Position numbers and translations under genes: made by a program
Notes under the pieces: model-generated
Told to the model about the DNA's origin: nothing
The model's database searches: none
The model's input: the letters and a program-made list of their open reading frames with translations, nothing else
Part shown: positions 19,521 to 29,826 of the stretch, in pieces
How the letters are laid out: the number at the start of each line of letters is the position of its first letter
How positions within the stretch are numbered: the first letter of the stretch is position 1
Assembly: GCA_039588295.1 (NCBI GenBank)
Contig: JBDHAB010000021.1
Location: forward strand, 22,947 to 86,946
Source: Gemmatimonadota bacterium
GTDB taxonomy: Bacteria > Gemmatimonadota > Gemmatimonadetes > Gemmatimonadales > GWC2-71-9
Direction of reading: 5' to 3'
DNA: 64,000 nucleotides

Positions 19521-20624
19521 GTGCTCCGCCTCGGTATCATCGGCCTGCCCAACGTCGGCAAATCGACGCTCTTCAATGCGCTCACGAAGGCTGGCGCCGC
19601 CGCCTCCAACTACCCGTTCTGCACCGTCGAGCCCAATATCGGCGTGGTCGCCGTGCCGGACGAGCGCCTCGACCGCCTGTTTAGGGCCGTGGGAGGGCCG
19701 CGTCGCGTCGTCCCCACGACGGTGGAGTTCGTTGACATCGCTGGATTGGTGGAGGGGGCGAGTCGTGGGGAGGGGCTCGGAAATCAGTTCCTCTCCCACG
19801 TCCGGACCGTCGACGCGCTGGTGCACGTGGTCCGCTGCTTCGAGGAGCCTGACGTCACTCACGTGATGGGCACGATCGCACCCGAGCGGGACCACGACGT
19901 CATCACCAGCGAGTTGGCCCTGGCCGACCTCGCGGTGGTCGAGCGCCGGCACGAACGCGTACTGAAGCTCGCGCGCTCCGGCGAGAAGGAGGCGCAGACC
20001 GAGGCGGCAGTGCTGGAACGCGTCATCGGGGAGCTCAATGCGGGTCGCGGCGCGCGGGACGCCGTCATCGATGACGCTGACCGTCGGCTGCTGCGACAAT
20101 TGGGACTCCTCACCCTCAAGCCCATTCTCTACGCGGCCAATGTCGACGAGGACCTGCTGGGCAGGGAGGACATCAGTGCGGTAACGGAGCTCGAGCGGAC
20201 GGCCCGGGCCCATCACGAGGAGGCCGAGGTCGTGGCGTTCTCGGCGCGCTTTGAAGCGGAACTCGCTGAACTAGACAGCGAGGAGCGGCGGGCATTCCTC
20301 GACTCCGCGGGCATCGCCGAACCCAGCCTCAACCGGTTGATCCATTCAGGCTATCGACTGTTGGACCTGGAGACGTTCTTCACGGTCGGCGATGCCGAAG
20401 TCCGGGCGTGGACGGTGCGTCGAGGCTCAACGGCTTTCGAGGCCGCCGGAGAGATTCACTCGGACTTCCAGCGTGGCTTCATCCGGTGCGAGACCGTGCA
20501 CGTCGAGGAGTTCATCGACGCCGGCTCCTATAAGGTCGCGCGGGAGCGTGGATTGATCAGGAGCGAAGGCCGCGAGTACCGTGTGCAGGATGGCGAGGTG
20601 CTGCTGTTTCGGTTCAACGTTTGA
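19521..20624 (+). CDS. ychF: Redox-regulated ATPase YchF
   Basis: GLPNVGKST, NYPFCT, DIAGLV, IHSDF, DGEVLLFRFNV. Confidence 0.97.
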   Translation: MLRLGIIGLPNVGKSTLFNALTKAGAAASNYPFCTVEPNIGVVAVPDERLDRLFRAVGGPRRVVPTTVEFVDIAGLVEGASRGEGLGNQFLSHVRTVDALVHVVRCFEEPDVTHVMGTIAPERDHDVITSELALADLAVVERRHERVLKLARSGEKEAQTEAAVLERVIGELNAGRGARDAVIDDADRRLLRQLGLLTLKPILYAANVDEDLLGREDISAVTELERTARAHHEEAEVVAFSARFEAELAELDSEERRAFLDSAGIAEPSLNRLIHSGYRLLDLETFFTVGDAEVRAWTVRRGSTAFEAAGEIHSDFQRGFIRCETVHVEEFIDAGSYKVARERGLIRSEGREYRVQDGEVLLFRFNV

Positions 20625-20637
20625 CCATCACACGGCC

Positions 20638-20666
20638 TGGCATCCGCGGTCTCGACCCGCTATTTT
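20638..20666 (+). promoter_or_regulatory. Putative sigma70 promoter for the rpsF operon
   Basis: TGGCAT-17 bp-TATTTT. Confidence 0.45.
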
Positions 20667-20730
20667 GCGACGCTCATACTGCCTACTCCGTCCCGCACCG
20701 GGCGGGGTCACTAGTCCAAAGGATGGTGTC

Positions 20731-21105
20731 ATGACACGCGAATACGAGCTGGTCTACATCTTCGACAGCGCGCTCGAGGAAGCGCAGGTCAACGAGCGGC
20801 TGGAACGGTTCCACTCCCTCCTCACGAGCCCCGAATCGGTGACGGCGACGAACCACTGGGGCAAACGCACGCTGGCATACCCGATTCGCGGGAAGGACGT
20901 CGGGTATTACGTGGTCGTACAGTTCGAGACGCAACCCGAGCGACTCGGAGAGCTCGAGCGCGCCATCAAGCTCGACGACGCGGTGCTGCGACACCTCATC
21001 GTGCTGAACGAGGGACTTGCGCCGGTCGCCGCGGCCGCGGTCGAGACCGAAGCCACTCCCGCGCCGGACGAATCGCCGCAGGAGAGCATGGAGGACAAGG
21101 AATGA
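20731..21105 (+). CDS. rpsF: 30S ribosomal protein S6
   Basis: [24 protein letters not shown]. Confidence 0.95.
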   Translation: MTREYELVYIFDSALEEAQVNERLERFHSLLTSPESVTATNHWGKRTLAYPIRGKDVGYYVVVQFETQPERLGELERAIKLDDAVLRHLIVLNEGLAPVAAAAVETEATPAPDESPQESMEDKE

Positions 21106-21323
21106 GGCGTCCTCGGAAGTCCTGTCAGGTCTGCGAGATGAGCGTGCGGGTGATCGACTACAAAGACGAGCGGCTGCTATCACGGTTCCTCACGGAGCGC
21201 GGAAAGATCATTCCCAGCCGTCTCTCCGGCATGTGCGCGCGGCATCAGCGGCAGCTGTCCCGCGCCATCAAGCGTGCACGGTCCATCGCGCTGGTGCCCT
21301 ACATTCGCGGACACGCGCGTTAG
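21102..21323 (+). CDS. rpsR: 30S ribosomal protein S18 (Zn-binding type)
   Basis: [30 protein letters not shown]. Confidence 0.95.
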   Translation: MRRPRKSCQVCEMSVRVIDYKDERLLSRFLTERGKIIPSRLSGMCARHQRQLSRAIKRARSIALVPYIRGHAR

Positions 21324-22289
21324 ATGACAGTGCCGTCCGAGGCGCCACGCGGCGGGCTCGGGCGTCTCATCGCGGCCGGAGTGCTGTTTGGGCTGGCCGC
21401 TCCCATCGCGCTGGCCGCGCTGCCGTTGGCCGCCCTGCTCCTCGTGTCGCGACCCCGCTCGGCCGGCGAGCTCCTGGTGGCTGGCGTCGCGGGCGGGTTC
21501 GCCCTTTGGTGGCTGCTCGTTCCCGGGGCCCTTCCCGAACAGATGCTCCGAGCCGCGGCGGTCGTTGGGACGGCCGCATTCGTGGGCGCCACCCTCTGGA
21601 CCAAATGGGCATTCACCCACCGCGCCCTCCTGGCCGCGTCTATCGCCGTGGTTGCCGTCTCCGCACTGCTCCTGCTCCTCGGATCGTCCTGGGAGGAGCT
21701 GCGCTGGTGGGTCGAGCACCAGGCGGGACTCTCAGTGCGGGCCGTGATCGGTATGATCGCCGCGGGCATGGGGGGAGAAACCAGCATTCCGCTGTTCGCC
21801 GTCGAGATCGAGGAAATGGAGGCGTGGCTCGGGACGATCATTCGGTGGATGGCCGATTTCTTCCCTGCGGTCACCATGCTCGAGCTGCTGGGTGGATTCG
21901 CCTTCGCGACAGCCGTGTACGGCCGGACCGCGCGCCGGCCACGGTGTGTGCCGCTGAGCCCACTCCGCCAGTTCCGATTCAACGAGCATCTGGGTTGGGC
22001 CGCCGTAATCCCGCTGGCCGTGATCCTCCTGCCCAAGCTCGCCGCCGCGAAGCTCGCTGCGGCCAACGTCCTGCTCATCGCCTGCGCGCTCTACGCGCTG
22101 CGCGGCCTGGCCGTTGCCGCGTTCGGGTTCGCGCTTCTGGGGACCGGGGGGTTCTTCCTTTGGGCCGTGTTAGCGGTAATCTTCTTCCTCATGTTGCCGG
22201 TGGTCGTGGGCGGCAGCATCCTTGTGGGGGTGCTGGACGCTGGCTTGAACCTCAGGCGGCGGTGGACCACACCGCCAGCGAGTCGCTAG
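21324..22289 (+). CDS. DUF2232/YybS-like membrane protein
   Basis: Multi-TM ORF in the usual rpsR-rplI position; G..D...NLR C-terminus. Confidence 0.75.
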   Translation: MTVPSEAPRGGLGRLIAAGVLFGLAAPIALAALPLAALLLVSRPRSAGELLVAGVAGGFALWWLLVPGALPEQMLRAAAVVGTAAFVGATLWTKWAFTHRALLAASIAVVAVSALLLLLGSSWEELRWWVEHQAGLSVRAVIGMIAAGMGGETSIPLFAVEIEEMEAWLGTIIRWMADFFPAVTMLELLGGFAFATAVYGRTARRPRCVPLSPLRQFRFNEHLGWAAVIPLAVILLPKLAAAKLAAANVLLIACALYALRGLAVAAFGFALLGTGGFFLWAVLAVIFFLMLPVVVGGSILVGVLDAGLNLRRRWTTPPASR

Positions 22290-22736
22290 ATGGAAGTCAT
22301 TCTCAGACAAGCAATTCCGAAGCTCGGACGCGTCGGTGAGATCGTCGTCGTTAAAGATGGCTACGCCAGGAACTACCTGATTCCACAGGGCCTGGCGTAC
22401 CTCGCGAGCGCAGGAAACAAACGGCGGATCGAGAACGAGGCAAAGCATCACGCGGTACGCCTCGCCTCCGAAGAGGCCGACGCGGAGACGCTGGCCGCGA
22501 GGCTCGGGTCGGTCGAGTTGCACTTCACGGCCAAGGCTGGCGAGGGAGACAAGCTCTTCGGATCGATCACCTCGGGAGACATTGCCAGCCAGCTCGCCGA
22601 GATGGGCTATCAGGTGGACAAGCGATCCATCGAGCTCGAAGAACCGATCAAGATGATCGGCATCTACAAGGTGCCCATCCGACTCCACCCCGAAGTGCGC
22701 GCCGAAGTGCGTGTCTGGGTCGTGAAGGAAGAGTGA
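22290..22736 (+). CDS. rplI: 50S ribosomal protein L9
   Basis: VKDGYARNYLIPQGLA, KLFGSIT. Confidence 0.97.
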   Translation: MEVILRQAIPKLGRVGEIVVVKDGYARNYLIPQGLAYLASAGNKRRIENEAKHHAVRLASEEADAETLAARLGSVELHFTAKAGEGDKLFGSITSGDIASQLAEMGYQVDKRSIELEEPIKMIGIYKVPIRLHPEVRAEVRVWVVKEE

Positions 22737-24598
22737 CGAGTCCCGCGATCGGCATCGGCTATTTGGACGGCCCGCGGCTGAGGCGCTCGCTGCTGGCGGC
22801 GGCGGACTGGGTGGATGCCGGTCGCGACGAGCTCAATCGCATCAACGTGTTCCCGGTCCCGGATGGCGACACGGGCACCAACTTCGCCATGACGCTGCGC
22901 GCCGCGGCGGAAGCTGTGCGGTCGCTCCGCCAAGCCGAGCTCCCCACCGTGGTGAAGGCCATGGCGGATGCCTGCGTACTGGGAGCGCGGGGCAACTCCG
23001 GAATGTTGCTTTCACACTTTCTACTGGGATTTCGGGAAGCGTTGGGCGATCTCCGAGTCGCACGAGCACAGGATGTGGCGCGCGCCGTGCGCCTGGGCGC
23101 CGATCGGCTCTACCGCTCCCTCGATGATCCGGTCGAAGGGACAATTCTCACGGTGTCGCGAGAGGTCGCGGATGCGGCCGAATCGGCGGCGGAGCAGACC
23201 TCGAACCTCCGAGAGTTGCTGCGCCACATGCTGATCCGCGCCGAGACCGCCCTGCGACACACGCCGGAGCTGCTGGCGGTGCTGCGAGAGGCTGGCGTGG
23301 TGGATGCCGGGGCGAAAGCCTTCGTCCGCGTGCTGGAGGGCATCGTTCGCTTCATGGAGGGCGATCCTATCATGCCAGCCTCGGCGACCGCGGAGTTCGC
23401 CGTGCCCAACGCAGCCGCCTTGGCCGAGGTGGCCGCCGATCAGGACTACGGGTTCTGCACCGAGGCGCTCGTGCGGGGGTCGGGATTCCCGTCAAGCATC
23501 GACATTCGCGCGACGCTTCGAGAATACGGTGGCTCCATTGTCGTACTGGCCACCGAGGACATTCTCAAGATCCACATCCATACCGACACCCCCGATGCGG
23601 TATTCGCTCTGGCCGCGCAGTGGGGAACGATCGAGACCACCAAGGCTGACGACATGCGGGCGCAGCATGCCGGGCACGACACGGTGCATCGCAAGGTCAC
23701 CATAGTGGTGGACTCGTCGTGCGACCTTGCGGACAGCGTGCTCGACACACACGGGATGGTCGTGGTGCCGTTGCAGGTGATGGACGGCCAACGCACCTAT
23801 CTGGATCGCATCGAGATACACGGCGCGGACCTGTACGATCGCATGCGGGACAACGGTGAGATCTTCACAACATCACAGCCGACACCCGCCGCGCTGATGC
23901 AAGGGTTTCGGGATGCAAGCGCGAATGCCGACCAGGTGCTTGGGCTGTTCGTCGCCGGCGCGCTTTCCGGGACCTTGCGATCTGCGCAGGCGGCGGCGCA
24001 GGCCGTTGGGCTCGACGAGCGGCTCAGGGTTGTCGATTCGCGATCCGCCTCGCTCGGATTGGGCATGCTGGCCCTGCGCGGCATCGAGCTCGCCGAGGCC
24101 GGGTGGTCCGTCCCCGACATCGTCGTGGAGTTGGATCGCATTCGCGATCGTTCGGGGGGGTTCTTCACCGTCGAGACGTTCGAGAACCTGCTGCGGTCCG
24201 GCCGGGTGAGCCGGGGGCGGGCGTGGCTCGGAGGAATCCTCAACATCAAACCCATCCTCGAGCTGGATCGTGACGGCCGGGTGATTCCGCTGGACCGGGT
24301 GCGCGGAAGCGACGCAGTATTCCCCCGGGTCCTGGAGCACCTCGACCGCCGGCTCTCGCCGCGCCCCTCCTCGTTCCGACTCGCGGTGGCGCATGCCGGA
24401 GTGCCCGAGCTGGCAGACCGCCTGCGCGAGCAGCTTATTCGCCGCTACCGGCCGCGCGACTGCTTCGTAAACCACGTCACCGCCGCGCTCGGCGTGCATA
24501 CCGGTCCGGGCGCGTGGGGTATATTCTACCAGATAGAGGATCCAACACCTGTCGAGATTGGGGAACAATTTTCGGCGAATCGCGCTACGATAGGCTAA
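22733..24598 (+). CDS. DAK2 (FakA-like) - DegV (FakB-like) fusion
   Basis: INVFPVPDGDTGTN, GARGNSG; then VDSSCDL, TTSQP, LSGT, SGRV, IKPIL, HTGPG. Confidence 0.9.
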   Translation: MTSPAIGIGYLDGPRLRRSLLAAADWVDAGRDELNRINVFPVPDGDTGTNFAMTLRAAAEAVRSLRQAELPTVVKAMADACVLGARGNSGMLLSHFLLGFREALGDLRVARAQDVARAVRLGADRLYRSLDDPVEGTILTVSREVADAAESAAEQTSNLRELLRHMLIRAETALRHTPELLAVLREAGVVDAGAKAFVRVLEGIVRFMEGDPIMPASATAEFAVPNAAALAEVAADQDYGFCTEALVRGSGFPSSIDIRATLREYGGSIVVLATEDILKIHIHTDTPDAVFALAAQWGTIETTKADDMRAQHAGHDTVHRKVTIVVDSSCDLADSVLDTHGMVVVPLQVMDGQRTYLDRIEIHGADLYDRMRDNGEIFTTSQPTPAALMQGFRDASANADQVLGLFVAGALSGTLRSAQAAAQAVGLDERLRVVDSRSASLGLGMLALRGIELAEAGWSVPDIVVELDRIRDRSGGFFTVETFENLLRSGRVSRGRAWLGGILNIKPILELDRDGRVIPLDRVRGSDAVFPRVLEHLDRRLSPRPSSFRLAVAHAGVPELADRLREQLIRRYRPRDCFVNHVTAALGVHTGPGAWGIFYQIEDPTPVEIGEQFSANRATIG

Positions 24599-24951
24599 GA
24601 GACGGGTCGCGCCGGGACCTTCGGCTCGCCGTCCGCGCGCTCGAAGAGCACAAAGCGCTCGACATCGTGGTGCTGGATCTTCGGCGGGTGTCCGACGCCG
24701 CCGATTTCTTCGTCATCGCCTCCGGGACGTCCGACACGCACGTGCGGACCCTTGCCGAGCGTGTGGTGCAAGCCATCGAGCGGGAAGGCCGCCATCCCCA
24801 TCACATCGAGGGTGCGGCCGCCGGACGCTGGGCTCTCCTGGACTTCGTGGACATGATCGTCCATGTCTTCCACCCGACGCTACGCGAGTATTACCAGCTC
24901 GAGCGGCTCTGGGCGGATGCTCCCGTCCTCACCGCAGAACTCGTTGGGTAG
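24514..24951 (+). CDS. rsfS: Ribosome silencing factor
   Basis: KALDIVVLDL, FVIASG, WALLD..VHVF..REYYQLERLW; start position uncertain. Confidence 0.88.
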   Translation: MGYILPDRGSNTCRDWGTIFGESRYDRLRDGSRRDLRLAVRALEEHKALDIVVLDLRRVSDAADFFVIASGTSDTHVRTLAERVVQAIEREGRHPHHIEGAAAGRWALLDFVDMIVHVFHPTLREYYQLERLWADAPVLTAELVG

Positions 24952-24957
24952 GTGCCC

Positions 24958-27900
24958 ATGCGTCGAGTCCTCCCAATCGCCGGAACACTGCTCGCCATCC
25001 TCATTGCCGGCCCCGCGAATGCGCAGTACTTCGGCCGCAACCAGGTGCAGTACCGTCATTTGGATTTCTCGGTCATCGAGACCGATCATTTCGACGTCTA
25101 CTTCTACGAGGAAGAGCGCGAAGCAGCCCTCGACGCGGCACGCATGGCCGAGCGGACCTATGCCCGTTTCTCTCGGCTTCTCAACCACAAATACCGAGAG
25201 CGTCAGCCCATCATCCTGTTTGCCTCGCACAGTGAATTCCAGCAGAACAATGTCAGCCCGGTCGGCGAGGGGACGGGTGGCTTCACGGAATGGTTCCGCC
25301 ATCGAGTCCTGCTCCCCTTTACCGGGTCGTACGCCGACTTCGAGCACGTTCTCCAGCACGAGCTCGCGCATCAATTTCAGATCGACATCTTCGCGCGCGG
25401 GCGCATCGGCGCCGGTATCCAACGGCTGCTCGCGGTGAACCCTCCACTCTGGTTCATGGAGGGCATGGCCGAGTACCTCTCGAGTGGTCCGATCACGCCG
25501 CAGACGGCAGTATGGCTGCGCGATGCCGCGCTCGACCGTGGACTCCCCTCCCTGGAAGAGCTGACGTGGGATCCCAGCTACACGCCGTACCGATTCGGTC
25601 ACGCGCTGTGGTCCTACATCGGAGAACGCTGGGGTGACGAGGCCGTCGGCGAGATCCTCAACGCCGCAGGCGTTTCTGGCATTCCGGGAGCATTCCGGCG
25701 TGCGCTCGGTGTGAAGCTCGACGATCTCGTTGCCGATTGGCACGACGCGATTCAGCGGACGTATCTCCCGCAGCTTGCCGACCTGCAGCAAGCTCGCCAG
25801 TTGGCGCGGCCGGTACTCTCGAAGAAGCGGTCGACTGGGACCCTTCACATCTCACCCGCGATTTCGCCGGACGGTTCGGAGATTGCCTATCTCTCCGAGG
25901 GAAACACGTTCTTCATCGACCTGTACCTCGCCGACGCGGAAACGGGAAGGGTGAAGCGTCGCCTGATCAAGAGCGCCTTCAGCACCGACTTCGAGAGCCT
26001 CCGATTCATCAACTCGGTCGGCGCCTGGTCTCCGGACAGCCGCTTCTTCGCATTCGCCGCCAAGCGCGGTGGTGCGGATGATCTCGTCATTTTCGACGTC
26101 CGTAAGAATCGCGTGCACGGGCGCATCACGGTGCCGCTGGCCGGTGTCACCACCCCATCATGGTCGCCGGACGGATCGCACCTGGTGTTCAGTGGATACG
26201 AGGGCGGCTTGTCGGACCTGTTCATCGTTGCGGTGGACGGCACCAATCTCCGCCGCCTCACCCACGATCGCTACGCAGACCTCCATCCCGCGTGGTCGCC
26301 CGACGGCAAGAGCATCGCGTTCGTGACGGACCGGGGTCCGCACACGGACATGGACCAGCTGCAATTCGGGGGGCTCAGCATCGCCCGGTTTCACCTCGAC
26401 GACCAGTCGATCGATCTGCTCATGGGGATGAGCGGGAACAACATCAATCCCCAGTGGGCGCCGGATGGTCGTTCCATCGCTTTTGTGTCCGATCGGACAG
26501 GCATTCCCAACGTCTTTCTGTACGACCTCGGCGATCGCCTCACCTACCAGCTGACGAGCTTGTTCACGGGCGCCACCGGCATCACGCCGCTCTCCCCGGC
26601 CATCTCGTGGGCGTCGTTGGCGGACCGGCTGGTGTTCACCTACTACGAGGCCGGCGAATTCGACGTCTATGGACTCGACAACCCGCGCAGCCTGAAGGGT
26701 GAGCCGTACGACGACTTGGCACCGCGGCCGGTGGTGGCCTCGCTGCTGACCGATCCGACCCCTCGCCGCGATCCGTCTCGAACACGCACCGGCCGTGCCA
26801 GCCGACTCGCAGCCATGATCCCGCTGCTCGCGGCAGACAGCAGCAATGCGGCGCGGCGGGCCGAGCCCACGGCAGGAGCATCGTATTACCGAGCCGGAGC
26901 GGGGCTCCGGGCGTCGGGGCAAGTGCCGGAAGGTGCGGACTCGACGCCGCCGCCCATTTCGGTGAAGGCGTTGCTCGACAGCGCCACGCTCGCGCTGCCC
27001 GACTCGCTGGAGTTCACGTTCCGCAACTATTCGGCGAAGCTCACACCCGACTACATCGTGCAGCCCTCGATCGGCTATGTGCGCGACAACTTCGGAAGCG
27101 GGATCTACGGTGGGAGCGCGATCGCCCTGTCCGACATGTTGGGTAACCACCGTCTCCTCGCGGCCGGACAGATCAACGGCAGGATCGACGAAATGCAGAT
27201 CCTGGCCGTCTACGCCAACATGAGTCACCGGGTCAACTGGGCTGTCGGCGCATCTCAGACGCCGTTGTTCTACTTCACTTCATCTGCCTTCGGAGTGGAT
27301 TCGCTCGGCCGACCGGTGCTGACCACGACGCTGGACCGGTACATCGTTCGCGAGCTGTTCTTCCGCGCCCACCGCCCGTTCAATCGGTTCCGACGTGTGG
27401 AACTCGGACTTCGCGGCGTGAACGTGGAGCGGGACGCCGTGGATTTCATCGAGGCATTCGACCCGGCGACCGGGTTCATCTTCGATCAGGACCGCCGAAC
27501 GCGAAGCCTCGGTTCGGCCAGCTACGTGCAACCATCGATCGCATTCGTGTTCGACAACTCCATCTCCCTGTGGGTCGGTCCGCTCATGGGGAGACGGAAC
27601 CGGTTCGAGTATGCCCCCGCCATCGGGGACTGGCGCTTCCATCAGTTCCTCGCCGACTACCGCCGCTACGACAACGTGCTCGGCCCATTCACGTTCGCGA
27701 CGCGGTTTCTGTTCTTCGGCCGCTTCGGACGGGATAGCAATCAGTTTCCCGTGTTCATCGGCAACCCTGAGCTGCTGCGGGGCTACACATCGGGCTCGCT
27801 GCGCAACAACGAGTGTCTCACCGATACCGAGGGATCGTTCTCCGGATGCAGCGCGCTCGACCAGCTGATCGGCACCCGCATCGGCGTCTTCAACGCCGAA

Positions 27901-28197
27901 CTCCGTTTCCCCCTGACGCGGAACGTGTTGCTGGGGTTTGCGCCGATCGGAATCCCGCCGATCGAGGCCGCTTTGTTCTTCGATGCGGCGGTGGCCTGGG
28001 ACGGGAATTCCTCGGTCCAGCTTTCCCGGGAGCCGACAGACAACAAGGCGTTGATCCGCGTCCCCCTGACCAGCTGGGGGCTCTCCCTGCGGGCAAATCT
28101 CCTGGGCTTCATGATCCTCCGATTCGACTTCGCCAAACCCCTGAACCGACAGGAGCAGGGATCGTACTGGACCGTCTCACTCGGACCGACTTTTTAG
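24958..28197 (+). CDS. Omp85/BamA-family protein with N-terminal zincin-like domain and PD40/TolB propeller
   Basis: Signal peptide; HELAH..WFMEGMAEY; repeats ISPDG, WSPDS, WSPDG x2, WAPDG; C-terminal barrel LRGY..LRFDFA..GPTF. Confidence 0.85.
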   Translation: MRRVLPIAGTLLAILIAGPANAQYFGRNQVQYRHLDFSVIETDHFDVYFYEEEREAALDAARMAERTYARFSRLLNHKYRERQPIILFASHSEFQQNNVSPVGEGTGGFTEWFRHRVLLPFTGSYADFEHVLQHELAHQFQIDIFARGRIGAGIQRLLAVNPPLWFMEGMAEYLSSGPITPQTAVWLRDAALDRGLPSLEELTWDPSYTPYRFGHALWSYIGERWGDEAVGEILNAAGVSGIPGAFRRALGVKLDDLVADWHDAIQRTYLPQLADLQQARQLARPVLSKKRSTGTLHISPAISPDGSEIAYLSEGNTFFIDLYLADAETGRVKRRLIKSAFSTDFESLRFINSVGAWSPDSRFFAFAAKRGGADDLVIFDVRKNRVHGRITVPLAGVTTPSWSPDGSHLVFSGYEGGLSDLFIVAVDGTNLRRLTHDRYADLHPAWSPDGKSIAFVTDRGPHTDMDQLQFGGLSIARFHLDDQSIDLLMGMSGNNINPQWAPDGRSIAFVSDRTGIPNVFLYDLGDRLTYQLTSLFTGATGITPLSPAISWASLADRLVFTYYEAGEFDVYGLDNPRSLKGEPYDDLAPRPVVASLLTDPTPRRDPSRTRTGRASRLAAMIPLLAADSSNAARRAEPTAGASYYRAGAGLRASGQVPEGADSTPPPISVKALLDSATLALPDSLEFTFRNYSAKLTPDYIVQPSIGYVRDNFGSGIYGGSAIALSDMLGNHRLLAAGQINGRIDEMQILAVYANMSHRVNWAVGASQTPLFYFTSSAFGVDSLGRPVLTTTLDRYIVRELFFRAHRPFNRFRRVELGLRGVNVERDAVDFIEAFDPATGFIFDQDRRTRSLGSASYVQPSIAFVFDNSISLWVGPLMGRRNRFEYAPAIGDWRFHQFLADYRRYDNVLGPFTFATRFLFFGRFGRDSNQFPVFIGNPELLRGYTSGSLRNNECLTDTEGSFSGCSALDQLIGTRIGVFNAELRFPLTRNVLLGFAPIGIPPIEAALFFDAAVAWDGNSSVQLSREPTDNKALIRVPLTSWGLSLRANLLGFMILRFDFAKPLNRQEQGSYWTVSLGPTF

Positions 28198-28289
28198 GAG
28201 GGACAACGGCGTCCCTCCACCACCGCCCGACGTCAGGGACCGCCCGCAGCCGGCTTGCATCCCCTTACCCGCGCCTCTACCTTCCGCCC

Positions 28290-29681
28290 GTGCTGGCCCG
28301 TCTTCCCGTTCCGCTGCTGCTCGCCGCGCTGATTGCCTGCAACGCAGGCGCTCGCTCGAACCCGGCAAGAGAGGCCTTCGCGCAGTCCTCCCGCACGATC
28401 GATCCAGGCACGGCGGTGGCGTTTCGGTTCCCCGCGAGTCGCGGCCCGCGTGCCCGACTCTACCGGCTCCCGTTTCTCGAAGAGGTGACCTGGCGATTCG
28501 AGTCGAGTGACAATCCGCCTCGGTCCATCGTCGGGTACGCCATCGATCAAAACCTCGTGTACAGCGTGACGACTGCGGACGAACTCGTGGCGCTCGATCT
28601 CGCCAGCGGACGGAGTCACGCCGTGGACACGAGCGTGGCACTTGCCGCTCTGGGACCGAGCGGACGAGTCCTCGTCGTTCACCAGAGTGGATCTGTCGCA
28701 ACGGTCGACCGCCGTTCCGTCCACAGATGGTCGACCGGGTTTCTGCGACCACCGACGTCCGTGTGGGGCGCATCCCGCGAGCGGGCGATCGGGATCGTGC
28801 CCGACGACGCCGGTCGCAGCCTGCACCTCGTTGGGGACGGACAAGTGACCGTGACACAGCGGATTCCACAGGGTAGCGTGACGGTGTCGCTGTGGGGCGA
28901 CGCGGCCGCCGTCGTGGGCGACTCGAGTCTGTTGCTGTTGAACCCCGCGGATCCCACCGCACGCCAGATCCTGGAGCTGGACGGACCGCCGGTACTGGCA
29001 ACGTTCTCACCATCGGGTCACCGACTGCTGGTGGCCATCGAGGACGGCCAGCTTTTGTCAGTCGACCGCTTCACCTCGAACATTCTCAGAACTCTCCAGT
29101 TGCCGAGTGCGCCGACAGATGCGCGCGTGGATCCCTGGGGACGATGGTTGCTGCTCCGACCGGCATCCGTGGATTCGATCTGGGTCGTCGATCTGGTGCT
29201 GTGGACTCAGAGACCGACCGTCGCAGGGGATTGGGACGACGGGCTGCCCGTCGTCGCCCCCGATGGGACTTTGCTGGTCCGGCACGACGGGACGATCAGC
29301 GATCTCACCACCGATTCGCTGATACCGGCCGGGTCCGTGGAAGGCGCGGGTGACGATCGGTGGATGGTCTTTGCTTGGGACCCCAGACGCCCCGCACTCG
29401 AGGCTATCGAGACGCCTCAGGTGGAGACGAGGCGGCGTGCGGCACAGGAGATCTATGTGCAAGTGAGCAGCACCGCCAATCCGGCGTGGGCGGATGACCT
29501 GGCCGGCAATCTCCGGCGCGCCGGGATGGCGGCATCGGTGCTGCCACCCGATCGCGAAGGCGACCCGTACCGGGTGGTCCTCGGACCCTACCCGACCCGT
29601 GAAGAGGCCGAAGGGACCGGACGGAGACTGAAGCTGCCGTTCTGGATCTTCACCCGAGACTCGCTGACAGCCACGCCATGA
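28290..29681 (+). CDS. Lipoprotein with beta-propeller-like region and C-terminal SPOR domain
   Basis: Lipobox LIAC; YVQVSS...YRVVLGPYPTREEA. Confidence 0.78.
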   Translation: MLARLPVPLLLAALIACNAGARSNPAREAFAQSSRTIDPGTAVAFRFPASRGPRARLYRLPFLEEVTWRFESSDNPPRSIVGYAIDQNLVYSVTTADELVALDLASGRSHAVDTSVALAALGPSGRVLVVHQSGSVATVDRRSVHRWSTGFLRPPTSVWGASRERAIGIVPDDAGRSLHLVGDGQVTVTQRIPQGSVTVSLWGDAAAVVGDSSLLLLNPADPTARQILELDGPPVLATFSPSGHRLLVAIEDGQLLSVDRFTSNILRTLQLPSAPTDARVDPWGRWLLLRPASVDSIWVVDLVLWTQRPTVAGDWDDGLPVVAPDGTLLVRHDGTISDLTTDSLIPAGSVEGAGDDRWMVFAWDPRRPALEAIETPQVETRRRAAQEIYVQVSSTANPAWADDLAGNLRRAGMAASVLPPDREGDPYRVVLGPYPTREEAEGTGRRLKLPFWIFTRDSLTATP

Positions 29682-29826
29682 CGCCTGGCCGTAGGGCCTT
29701 CGGTACCGCGTGCTCCGTAGCTACATTGCGCTGGGCCCCGGCGCCTGCCGTTGTGTGGGCGCCGTTGTCGTATGGCGGACGACCCCGTGCCTGCAGGATC
29801 TGCATGAACTTCGCGGAATACCCGGA

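Noticed and set aside
20682..20692. CCTACTCCGTC shared with 41941-41951; possible S6:S18 leader element
   Set aside because: The second copy is the antisense of the rpmE SD, and the leader structure cannot be confirmed by eye
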